Source: Escherichia coli (GTDB taxonomy: Bacteria; Pseudomonadota; Gammaproteobacteria; Enterobacterales; Enterobacteriaceae). Taken from it: a DNA stretch of 64,000 nt. Below are positions 51,965 to 60,547 of the stretch, one piece after another. Position 1 is the stretch's first letter, and each line of letters opens with the position of its first letter. The translations under genes and the position numbers were made by a program. The DNA is taken from the NCBI RefSeq assembly GCF_002854065.1, contig NZ_CP024151.1; one strand, written 5' to 3'. The notes below the pieces were generated by a model that ran no database searches, was not told the origin of the DNA, and worked only from the letters and a program-made list of their open reading frames with translations.

Positions 51965-52575
51965 CCCGTTGAGTTTCGGGAGCCGCGGTTTTGACGTTTC
52001 GCGGGAACCTGCTGCTGTATTCCCTGTGGTATGAACTTCACCCGTTTGAGAACCTTCGCCGCAAGGGGCATCACTGCCACGGCCTGACGCACCTGTCCTG
52101 GGCAGAACGCAAAATTTTTTACCGGGTTTTGGGTAAAAAATTTTGTGGGCTGTTCATTTACCCTGGACAGTCAGTGCGGCAGGTTGTGGCTGTATCAGCC
52201 CCCGGCGACAGGGACTCATACGGGTGTGTGGCACCGGCAGGCAATGAGCAGGGACCCGCCGCAACGACGGAGAGCGCGTGCGCGAAACGGCGTTGCCCCT
52301 TACATCCCGGCGGCCTTTTGCCGGGATGCCGGGAGCGCAGGCCACGGCGCGACAAGGGTGGCGCGACCGGAACGGTCGCTGCAAGCCCGGGGTTTTCACG
52401 CATCGGACCGTAGCGACAGCCCGAAACCGCGCCAGCGGGTTCGGCGGAGACTGGCGGGTGCGCCAGCAGCTGCCTGTCGGAGTCGGGCCTGACGACCGGA
52501 TGCCGCCAGGCAGCCGGGAGCCGAAGGTGCGCCCGGCAGACAGAACAACACTGCAGTAGTCAGAATCAGAGCAGC
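51965..52575 (+). repeat. Dispersed leading-region repeat, copy 3 (Frpo/ssi-like), 5' half diverged
   Basis: 3' about 330 bp near-identical to copies 1 and 2 (CCCGCCGCAACGAC...GCAGTAGTCAGAATCAGAGCAG); 5' half recognisably related but diverged. Confidence 0.6.
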
Positions 52576-52764
52576 AGATAAAGGAACAACAACATCAGGA
52601 ACAGTTCCATAACATAAGAAAGAAACACTCCTGAGTCAGACACATCACAGACGGGAAGGGTAACGGGCGACGCGCCAGCGTGGCCCGCTTCCCTTCCGGC
52701 AGGCGTCAGCCTGCCAGGGGTTTTCGCGCGGACTGACAGGCGGCCTCCACCGCCTGCCCCTGTA

Positions 52765-52956
52765 TCACCTGTTTCTGCTACCCTGTAAGATGTAGTGACC
52801 GCCCAGGAAAACCGCCTGCTGATTCGCCACAAAATCGCAGATTTCATCAACAATCTGCGCGGTGGTGAGCGGTTTCTGCCCCATTTCACGACGCCGCGCA
52901 TTAATCACGGCCCTGTAATTACGCAGAATTTCGCGGGTTTCTGTGCTGATATTCAT
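52765..52956 (-). CDS. Hypothetical small protein, 63 aa
   Basis: Start overlaps the stop of the upstream 144-aa gene by 4 nt (translational coupling). Confidence 0.4.
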   Translation of the reverse strand: MNISTETREILRNYRAVINARRREMGQKPLTTAQIVDEICDFVANQQAVFLGGHYILQGSRNR

Positions 52957-53387
52957 GACATCGTCTCCCCGTCCAGCGCCTGTAACACAACGTCCATTGC
53001 TTCGCGTTCCTCCCTGACGAATGCGTCACCGTCGCCCCCGTTCTCACTCCCGACGGCATACAGGCGCTTCATTTCACTGCCTGCCAGCGCCATCACTTTT
53101 TCCAGCATCACCGCCGGGACTGTCACCTGACGGCTGGCGCGCTTTTCTTCCATCAGTTCATGAACAACGCCGTGAACAACGCCGTGAACAACGCTGACAT
53201 CCGCACCATATTCAAAGGCATCGTCCAGCCGCTGCATGACGGTTTCCAGCTCATCGTCTGTCAGACTCCAGTCCTGGGCTATGTGACGCACATCCCCACG
53301 GGTCAGCACCACGGCAAAAACGCATTCACTGTCCGGCACGTCTGTATCCAGCACTTCGCGGATAATTTCTTTAACAGTACAGTACAT
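52953..53387 (-). CDS. Hypothetical acidic protein, 144 aa (paralogue A)
   Basis: Shares ends and central motif (RQVTVPA) with the 55103..55537 product; SD AAGGAG before ATG 53387; contains an in-frame 12-bp x3 tandem repeat. Confidence 0.65.
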   Translation of the reverse strand: MYCTVKEIIREVLDTDVPDSECVFAVVLTRGDVRHIAQDWSLTDDELETVMQRLDDAFEYGADVSVVHGVVHGVVHELMEEKRASRQVTVPAVMLEKVMALAGSEMKRLYAVGSENGGDGDAFVREEREAMDVVLQALDGETMS

Positions 53388-53433
53388 GTTCTCGTCTCCT
53401 TTACAGGGGCGGCATTGCCGCCCCGTCCGTTAA

Positions 53434-53859
53434 TCAGTCCAGAGCCGCGTAAATCGCGTTGCATTCGGGGTGAAATTCGATGTGACGCCACAACTGCGCA
53501 TCGCGCATCCGGTAAAGCTGGGTCAGTCCTGCATCCCCGCTGTCGTGGTACAGCCACAACTGGCGGTTAATCACAAGGGAGGTCAGGATGATGCCTGCGG
53601 CATCAGCACTCACGGTACGGTCAAACCAGTTTGCACCGTTCACCATGTGGAAACGGTCGCCATCCGGCATCATGTAACCGCCACCGTCCGGCAGGCGGAT
53701 GAAGTGCCAGAAGCCTCCCTGATATTCCGGCATCATTTTTTGCGCCAGCGCGTACACATACGCCTCGGCATACAGAAAATCGTTGCCAAACAGATACGGC
53801 AGAAAGGAGAGACGGTCGCACTCTTCAACATTCAGAGTGACAGGTTTCGCATATTGCAT
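53434..53859 (-). CDS. klcA: KlcA/ArdB-family antirestriction protein
   Basis: 141 aa; ...[21 protein letters not shown]...[18 protein letters not shown]...[27 protein letters not shown]...[12 protein letters not shown], the conserved KlcA/ArdB pattern as I remember it. Confidence 0.85.
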   Translation of the reverse strand: MQYAKPVTLNVEECDRLSFLPYLFGNDFLYAEAYVYALAQKMMPEYQGGFWHFIRLPDGGGYMMPDGDRFHMVNGANWFDRTVSADAAGIILTSLVINRQLWLYHDSGDAGLTQLYRMRDAQLWRHIEFHPECNAIYAALD

Positions 53860-54275
53860 GATGTTTTCCTCCGTTGTTCACATATTCCGCGACACCGGGC
53901 GGTGCCGTGCCTCCATAAAAGCCGGGCGAACAGGCGGGGATGCAGGGGCGCAAGGGAAGCCGCAGCCTGACGCACACGGCTGACGGGAGTTGCAGGGTGA
54001 GACCGCGAAATCTGAGCGGGTGAACGACCGGAAAATCACGGCAGACGGGAAGGAGGGACCGGGTGACCGCAGCGGCGAAGCGTACCCTTGCATCAACGCC
54101 AGCCCGGCTAAGATGGAGGCACGGCACAGCCCGCACACGACGCTGAGGCCACATAACTGAAAAACCACAAGGCCATGCCCTGCATGGCCGGGTAAAGCGG
54201 AGCCGGCGGCGACTTCCTTTGTGCTCTGTCCGGGGACCGGCAGGAAAAAGGCGGGGATTTACCCCGCCAGTGTCA

Positions 54276-55103
54276 TCATTTCCGGATTTTTGCCAGGGCA
54301 TCCGCCATGCTGCGGATTTCGGTCCGGGCTTCCCGGACCACCTCCCGCAGAACACCACGGTCAAACCAGCGGCGGGGCGGTTCATCCGGTATACGCAGCA
54401 CATCGCAGGCCAGCCCACTGGACAGGATATGCTCAATACACTCACTGACCAGATACATTTCCACCGACGAAAAACGTGCTCCCCGGTTCACGATGGCATC
54501 GAGCACCACGGGCAGGTTTTCGTCATCTTCATCGAGCCAGCAGGGGTGATCGCTTTCCTTCACGACCAGGCGAAAGCGGCGCGTCTGGCGGGTCAGCAAC
54601 GTCTGACCGGTGGTGGTCAGCGCCGCACGGATACGCCGCGCATCTTCTGCCACCTGGTAACAGATGCTTCGTACCGCATCGTGCACCGCATCAAGAACAG
54701 CCTTGATTTCGTCTTCGGTCAGCCATTCTCCGGCATACGGGAAAGACACCTGCGTTCCGTCTGCCGGAAGTACCGGCAGCGACTGCCACTGACTGCCGGA
54801 CAGTACCAGTTCCGCCCCGGTTCCGGTCAGTCTCTGAATGGCGGAGGCCAGGAGCGGCGGCAGTACGCCGCCGTGACGGTTGATAAGTAACGTCGCCAGC
54901 CGGGGCGCATCCAGCCGCACGTAAATGCTGATCCAGCCCGGATAGTTCGGATTTCGCTGGTCAACATCCGTCTCTTCCGGCCAGTCCTGCGCCAGCAGCA
55001 GGTTACGGGCGTGACGACAAATCAGTGCGTTCAGCGTGCTGTTTTCGTTCATGATTAAGCGTTCTCCCTGTATCGCCGCCCGCAGGGCAGGCGGCGATAA
55101 CAT
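54276..55103 (-). CDS. Hypothetical protein, about 258-275 aa (leading region)
   Basis: Track ORF; alternative start at 55052 ([10 protein letters not shown]...). Stop/start abuts the upstream paralogue-B gene. Confidence 0.6.
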   Translation of the reverse strand: MLSPPALRAAIQGERLIMNENSTLNALICRHARNLLLAQDWPEETDVDQRNPNYPGWISIYVRLDAPRLATLLINRHGGVLPPLLASAIQRLTGTGAELVLSGSQWQSLPVLPADGTQVSFPYAGEWLTEDEIKAVLDAVHDAVRSICYQVAEDARRIRAALTTTGQTLLTRQTRRFRLVVKESDHPCWLDEDDENLPVVLDAIVNRGARFSSVEMYLVSECIEHILSSGLACDVLRIPDEPPRRWFDRGVLREVVREARTEIRSMADALAKIRK

Positions 55104-55537
55104 CAGTTGTTTTCGTGTGTGTTGTTTTTCAGCAGGGTGCGGGCCTGATTAACCACCGCCTGACGGCGGGTAACGCATTCCGGGACGGCGAGGCCGTTAT
55201 CACGGGCGGCCCACTCACGTTTCCACAGTGCCTGTTCAGCGGTCTGAATCAGGGACGCCAGCAGTTCAGCAGGGACGGTCACCTGGCGGTTTTCGCTCAC
55301 GTTGCTGATAATCTCCATCACCGCGGCGGAAGAAATACCGGATTCAGTCCGCTGGTCTTCCGGGATGTCCTCCATGCGCGCCAGGACGGTCCTGATTTCA
55401 TGATCGGTCAGAGAAATTTCCATACCGTCAGCCAGTGCCTGAATCTCTTCCGGGGACCAGATAACCAGCATCAGCGGCGCGTCTCCCGGATACTTTGCTG
55501 CCAGCTCCCGGCATAGCGTTTCGCATGTTCCGTACAT
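55103..55537 (-). CDS. Hypothetical acidic protein, 144 aa (paralogue B)
   Basis: Paralogous to 52953..53387 (same length, MY.T..E..RE N-terminus, ...LTD.E..TV..R..D..., RQVTVPA core); near-identical RBS context (AAGGAGACGAGAA-ATG). Confidence 0.65.
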   Translation of the reverse strand: MYGTCETLCRELAAKYPGDAPLMLVIWSPEEIQALADGMEISLTDHEIRTVLARMEDIPEDQRTESGISSAAVMEIISNVSENRQVTVPAELLASLIQTAEQALWKREWAARDNGLAVPECVTRRQAVVNQARTLLKNNTHENN

Positions 55538-55550
55538 TCTCGTCTCCTTC

Positions 55551-55772
55551 TCAATCTTTGAAGCAGGAATCCAGTTCCAGAATTTCGGTATACGCCTCCA
55601 TAAACAGGCGATTGGCGCGATACAGCGTCTGGCGTGTCAGGCGTTCAACAAGCACATCGGAATCAAAGCGACAGCGATGCTCCATATCGTTCAGCCTAGC
55701 CCGAAGGTCACACATGGTGTTGGCCACCTCCGCCACGTCGGCGCGAAGTTTTTCGTGTCCGGCATAGTTCAT
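55551..55772 (-). CDS. Hypothetical small protein, 73 aa
   Basis: ORF immediately downstream of the methyltransferase gene (adjacent stop/start). Confidence 0.45.
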   Translation of the reverse strand: MNYAGHEKLRADVAEVANTMCDLRARLNDMEHRCRFDSDVLVERLTRQTLYRANRLFMEAYTEILELDSCFKD

Positions 55773-56456
55773 TTACGCAGCCTCCGGTTCAAACCAGTTA
55801 TCATTCGCGGCCCCCTGCTGCATGGCCCGTTGCACGGCGGCCAGTCGTTGCTGTCCGGCACGGTGATACTGTTCAAGCAGCTCGATACCGATATACCGGC
55901 GTCCGGACTGGAGGGCGGCCACGCAGGTTGAGCCGCTGCCTGCAAACGGGTCCAGCACAATCGCGTTCGGATGTGTGAAGCTCTCAATCAGTGGTTGCAG
56001 GCTGGTAACGGGCTTTTCCGTCGGGTGATGGCGGTTGCCCGAATATTTCCAGCCCAGCACGTCGGGTAATGGCTTCGGAGGCAGCGCCGGACGGCCTTTT
56101 GCCAGGATATAGGCGCATTCGTGACGGTACGCGACATACGCAGATTTGGATGTGTAGCTTTTGGTGAACACAAGGTGCCCTACAACGCTGAATCCGGCGC
56201 GTTTCCAGGCTGCCATAAAGCGGTCAATACGGTTCCAGCCATAGAAACTCACCATCAGCGCATCTTTTTTTAGTACGCGGTACATCTCATTACTGGCAGG
56301 TTGCAGCCAGTCATCGTTAACGTCACCGGCAATGGTGCGCCCGGAACGGTCACGAAAACCAACGAGATATGGTGGGTCGGTTAAGATGAAATCAATGGCG
56401 TTATCAGGAATCGTGGCCATAACACGCACGCAGTCACCCAGGATAAAACGGGACAT
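55773..56456 (-). CDS. Orphan DNA methyltransferase, beta class (N6-adenine or N4-cytosine; YhdJ-like)
   Basis: 227 aa; motif IV DPPY near the N-terminus (..DFILTDPPYLVGF..), HPTEKP, and motif I DPFAGSGST near the C-terminus, the circularly permuted beta-class order; no adjacent restriction endonuclease candidate. Confidence 0.85.
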   Translation of the reverse strand: MSRFILGDCVRVMATIPDNAIDFILTDPPYLVGFRDRSGRTIAGDVNDDWLQPASNEMYRVLKKDALMVSFYGWNRIDRFMAAWKRAGFSVVGHLVFTKSYTSKSAYVAYRHECAYILAKGRPALPPKPLPDVLGWKYSGNRHHPTEKPVTSLQPLIESFTHPNAIVLDPFAGSGSTCVAALQSGRRYIGIELLEQYHRAGQQRLAAVQRAMQQGAANDNWFEPEAA

Positions 56457-56841
56457 AACAGCACTCCTCCTCTTACAGAGGGCACCGGGAGGGCGCCCCT
56501 GTGGCGCCCGTTCTCCGCTGCCTGTGGGCTGTTCACCGCGTCCGGTAACGGGTCAGGCCGACCGTGGAATACCGCAGCCGTCGTCTTTCTGACGGCGAGG
56601 ATATGCCGCGAAAGCGGCTTGAAGGGCATTCATCAGAAAAGGGCGACAGGCTGGCGTACACTGTCACCGACGCCAGCCAGGAGCGGTAAAAGCGCCCGTC
56701 CCGTGCCCGGCCGGACACGGGACACTGACCACAGGCAGCGTTCCTGCCGCGCCGCGTCAGCCGGCGCAGTAAAAAGAGGAGCACGGCGACATCCTTTGTC
56801 GGAAAAGAAACGGGCGGTTGCCCGCCCGTCTCCGTCATACT

Positions 56842-57768
56842 TCATCCGCCATAATGCGCCACCTTGTCGACTATCCACGCAGGTCCGGTGACTTCCGGCA
56901 GCTCATCGTCATCTGTCGGGGAAGACCATTCAAGTTCCCCCCACAGCACATCAACGAGCTCTCCACGCTCATACAACTGCCAGCCACAGAAATTGCAGCC
57001 TTGTTCGGCGTACCAGTGCTCCAGCGTGCAGCTGAAACGGCGGCTTAATTCTGCAACAACGTCGCTTTCCGGCTGACACCACGGCGTGTCGAAATCCACC
57101 TGAATGAAGTTTTCTCCCTGACTGCTGATATTCAGGTCATACCCACAAGGCCACTTCACGCCATACCGTTCGGTATACCAGTGATATGCAGAAGGAACAC
57201 CGTTCAGAACACCACCGTTAAAGCCATTCACTTCAACATCCAGGCGGGTCGGCAGAACCGTCAGCAGGTCAAACGGCATGGTTTTTTCCGGCAGCACGTT
57301 GTCACACAGACGGTTCCACCACACCGATACATCCTCGTTACCCCAGATGTCACACCAGTCACCTCTTTTTGCGGTGAAATGCACAGTGATGATTTCCCTG
57401 ACATCATCCGGTAATCCTTCCCAGCGACGCTGTCCAGTACCGCTCTGCAGCCAGAGTTTATGCAGCATCAGGCAGTTTTGCTCATCCAGCAGTACACCGT
57501 CCTGCAGGTATGTCAGCCAGCGGGTGAACGCGATATTCTCCGGCGATACAACGCCACGCCCGGCAGCCGTCAGTCCGGGGCATGGTTCAAACCGCACATC
57601 TTCAGTGGTCTGCAGAAGTCCGGCACTTCCGGCCAGAAACAGCTGAATACCTTCATTTGTGGCGCGGCGATAAAGCGGTGTGACTGCACCGCTGGCCAGT
57701 CGTTTAATCTCAGCAATCTGTGCCGGTTCACCAGAAAAATGCATACGATTTGAGCACCAGTTTGGCAT
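56842..57768 (-). CDS. Conserved leading-region protein (DUF1281-like), unknown function
   Basis: 309 aa from MPNWCSNRMHFSGEPAQIAEIKRL...; SD AGGAGA before ATG 57768; Trp/Cys-rich. Family name from memory. Confidence 0.7.
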   Translation of the reverse strand: MPNWCSNRMHFSGEPAQIAEIKRLASGAVTPLYRRATNEGIQLFLAGSAGLLQTTEDVRFEPCPGLTAAGRGVVSPENIAFTRWLTYLQDGVLLDEQNCLMLHKLWLQSGTGQRRWEGLPDDVREIITVHFTAKRGDWCDIWGNEDVSVWWNRLCDNVLPEKTMPFDLLTVLPTRLDVEVNGFNGGVLNGVPSAYHWYTERYGVKWPCGYDLNISSQGENFIQVDFDTPWCQPESDVVAELSRRFSCTLEHWYAEQGCNFCGWQLYERGELVDVLWGELEWSSPTDDDELPEVTGPAWIVDKVAHYGG

Positions 57769-58122
57769 GGGAATTCTCCTCTCACATGCGGCCTCTATCA
57801 GGCCGTGCCGCACCTGTAACCGGGCGACCGCATACGAATGCAGGTGCGGCCCCGAAGCCGCAGCGCGTGGAGGAGGAACGACGAAACGTGACCGGGTGAG
57901 GAGGCCGGCGACAGCGACACACTTGCATCGGATGCAGCCCGGTTAACGTGCCGGCACGGCCTGGGTAACCAGGTATTTTATTCACAGAACCGTGCGCAAA
58001 ATGCTGTGGATAAGCTGGACACAGCAGTCCACAGCAGGCATACAGCCACACCCTCAGAGAATTGAGCGTTTTTTAGTCACAATAATGACATTTGACTGTG
58101 TGTGGATTCAGTTATTAGAATG

Positions 58123-58138
58123 CTGTATATACATACAG
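58123..58138 (+). promoter_or_regulatory. LexA (SOS) box overlapping the promoter of the dinI/umuDC-like operon
   Basis: CTGTATATACATACAG (CTGT-N8-ACAG) immediately downstream of TTGACT (58092..58097) and TAGAAT (58116..58121) with 18-bp spacing. Confidence 0.8.
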
Positions 58139-58161
58139 CAATAGAAAAGGGAGATGAGAAC

Positions 58162-58410
58162 ATGATCCGCATTGAAATTCTTTTCGACCGCCAGAGCACA
58201 AAAAACCTCAAATCAGGCACACTTCAGGCGCTACAGAATGAAATCGAACAACGTCTGAAACCACACTCCCCGGAAATCTGGCTGCGTATAGACCAGGGCA
58301 GCGCCCCGTCTGTATCTGTCACAGGAGCCCGCAACGACAAGGATAAAGAACGTATCATGTCTCTGCTGGAAGAAATCTGGCAGGACGACAGCTGGCTGCC
58401 TGCAGCATGA
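58162..58410 (+). CDS. DinI-family protein (ImpC-like)
   Basis: 82 aa from MIRIEILFDRQ...; resembles DinI; SD AAGGGAG before ATG 58162; first gene of the SOS-box operon. Confidence 0.75.
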   Translation: MIRIEILFDRQSTKNLKSGTLQALQNEIEQRLKPHSPEIWLRIDQGSAPSVSVTGARNDKDKERIMSLLEEIWQDDSWLPAA

Positions 58411-58844
58411 GTACCGTTTATCACCGTCCGGCTGACCCTTCAGGCGATGACAGTTACGTGCGACCGTTGTTTGCCGATCGTTGCCAGGCCGGTTTTCCTT
58501 CGCCTGCCACTGATTATGCTGAGCAGGAACTGGATCTGAACAGCTATTGCATCAGCAGACCTGCAGCCACCTTCTTTCTGCGCGCCAGCGGTGAATCGAT
58601 GAACCAGGCTGGCGTGCAGAATGGTGATCTGCTGGTAGTGGACAGGGCCGAGAAACCACAACACGGGGACATCGTTATCGCTGAGATCGACGGTGAGTTC
58701 ACCGTCAAACGACTGCTGTTGCGCCCACGCCCGGCACTGGAGCCGGTTTCAGACAGCCCGGAATTTCGCACACTGTATCCGGAAAACATCTGTATTTTTG
58801 GTGTTGTCACTCACGTGATACACAGGACGCGGGAGTTACGCTGA
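58407..58844 (+). CDS. UmuD/ImpA/MucA-family protein (LexA-like S24 peptidase, Pol V accessory subunit)
   Basis: 145 aa; C-terminal peptidase-S24 region with ...RASGESMNQAGVQNGDLLVVDRAEKPQHGDIVIAEIDGEFTVKRL...; overlaps dinI-like stop. Confidence 0.88.
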   Translation: MSTVYHRPADPSGDDSYVRPLFADRCQAGFPSPATDYAEQELDLNSYCISRPAATFFLRASGESMNQAGVQNGDLLVVDRAEKPQHGDIVIAEIDGEFTVKRLLLRPRPALEPVSDSPEFRTLYPENICIFGVVTHVIHRTRELR

Positions 58845-60114
58845 TGTTTGCACTGGCTGATATCAACAGTTTCTACGCCTCATGTGAAAAAGTTTTCCGC
58901 CCGGACCTTCGCAACGAACCGGTCATCGTACTCAGCAATAACGATGGCTGTGTGATCGCGCGCAGCCGGAGGCAAAAGCCCTTGGCATCAGAATGGGGCA
59001 GCCCTGGTTTCAGGTGAGACAGATGCGCCTGGAGAAGAAAATACATGTATTTTCCAGCAATTATGCGCTGTACCACAGCATGAGCCAACGGGTCATGGCT
59101 GTTCTGGAGTCGCTTTCTCCCGCAGTTGAGCCCTACTCAATTGATGAAATGTTCATTGATTTGCGGGGGATAAATCATTGCATCTCTCCGGAGGTTTTTG
59201 GTCATCAGCTCAGGGAACAGGTAAAGAGCTGGACAGGACTCACCATGGGGGTGGGCATTGCGCCTACAAAAACGCTGGCTAAAAGTGCACAGTGGGCAAC
59301 AAAGCAATGGCCACAGTTTTCCGGTGTGGTCGCGCTGGAGGCAGAAAACCGTAATCGGATCTTGAAGCTACTGGGGCTGCAGCCAGTTGGTGAGGTCTGG
59401 GGAGTAGGACGCAGACTGACGGAAAAGCTGAATGCGCTGGGTATTAACACAGCACTGCAGCTGGCGCAGGCTAACACGGCATTCATCCGGAAAAACTTCA
59501 GCGTCATTCTTGAGCGTACGGTACGCGAACTCAACGGCGAGTCCTGCATATCCCTGGAAGAAGCACCACCGGCAAAACAGCAGATTGTCTGTAGTCGCAG
59601 TTTTGGTGAACGAATCACAGACAAAGATGCCATGCACCAGGCTGTTGTTCAGTATGCAGAGCGGGCCGCAGAGAAACTACGTGGGGAGCGTCAGTATTGC
59701 CGGCAGGTGACGACATTTGTACGGACATCCCCCTTTGCAGTAAAAGAACCCTGTTACAGCAATGCCGCTGTGGAAAAGCTTCCATTACCCACACAGGACA
59801 GCCGGGACATTATTGCCGCAGCATGCAGAGCGTTAAACCATGTCTGGCGTGAAGGGTACCGCTATATGAAGGCAGGAGTCATGCTGGCTGATTTCACACC
59901 ATCGGGTATAGCGCAGCCGGGATTATTTGATGAGATCCAGCCCCGTAAAAACAGCGAAAAGTTAATGAAAACACTCGATGAACTGAACCAGTCTGGAAAA
60001 GGGAAAGTGTGGTTTGCGGGGCGAGGAACCGCCCCTGAATGGCAAATGAAACGGGAAATGCTCTCGCCTTCGTATACAACACAATGGACTGAGATCCCCA
60101 TTGCTTCATTCTGA
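58844..60114 (+). pseudogene. UmuC/ImpB/MucB-family Y-family DNA polymerase gene interrupted by a -1 frameshift near 58960
   Basis: N-terminus MFALADINSFYASCEKVFRPDLRNEPVIVLSNNDGCVIAR is in one frame (58844 onward, stops at 59017); the rest (AQPEAKALGIRMGQPWFQ... to ...TQWTEIPIASF) continues in another frame from about 58960 (track ORF 58993..60114). Confidence 0.7.
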
Positions 60115-60118
60115 TATA

Positions 60119-60547
60119 TCAGAATAATTTTTGCATTTTAAGGCGCACATCATTCATTGCCTCCTGCACCGAATCAGTAGCAGAAGGAGGCATTTTTTCA
60201 GCAGATTGCAAAGCACCGAGTTCAGTCAACACAGCTCTGATATCGGCCTGAGAAGGCTTCCATCCTGTCGTCTGACTGAGTAAGGTTACAACCTGATCTG
60301 CTGAAAACTCCTCGCTCAAAATGGCAGTCAGCAATACAGGCAGGCGAGGATCAAGTTGGTGTAACGCCATTCCAGAAATAAATGCATTCCGGAACAGCTC
60401 ACCACGCTCAGAACGCGGAACGGACTCTATCGCTTCCAAAGCTTGAAAGTCTGCAGCTTTTTCCGGATGCAGATAAAGTGTGAATTTTTTCCTTTTCCGT
60501 TCATCGTCCACAATATTACTCCTCTTTGAAAGCCGCGATAGCTTCAA
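60119..60547 (-). CDS. parR: ParR-like centromere-binding protein (StbB; type II partition)
   Basis: 142-aa ORF downstream of the actin-like ATPase; central region NAFISGMALHQLDPRLPVLLTAILSEEFSADQVVTLL aligns with R1 ParR as recalled. Confidence 0.7.
   Translation of the reverse strand: MKLSRLSKRSNIVDDERKRKKFTLYLHPEKAADFQALEAIESVPRSERGELFRNAFISGMALHQLDPRLPVLLTAILSEEFSADQVVTLLSQTTGWKPSQADIRAVLTELGALQSAEKMPPSATDSVQEAMNDVRLKMQKLF

Noticed and set aside
49247-53196. Tandem repeats (hexamer array at 49247..49294; 12-bp x3 at about 53161..53196) considered as possible CRISPR arrays
   Set aside because: Units are contiguous with no spacers, far shorter than CRISPR repeats, and no cas genes are present; they are simple sequence repeats.
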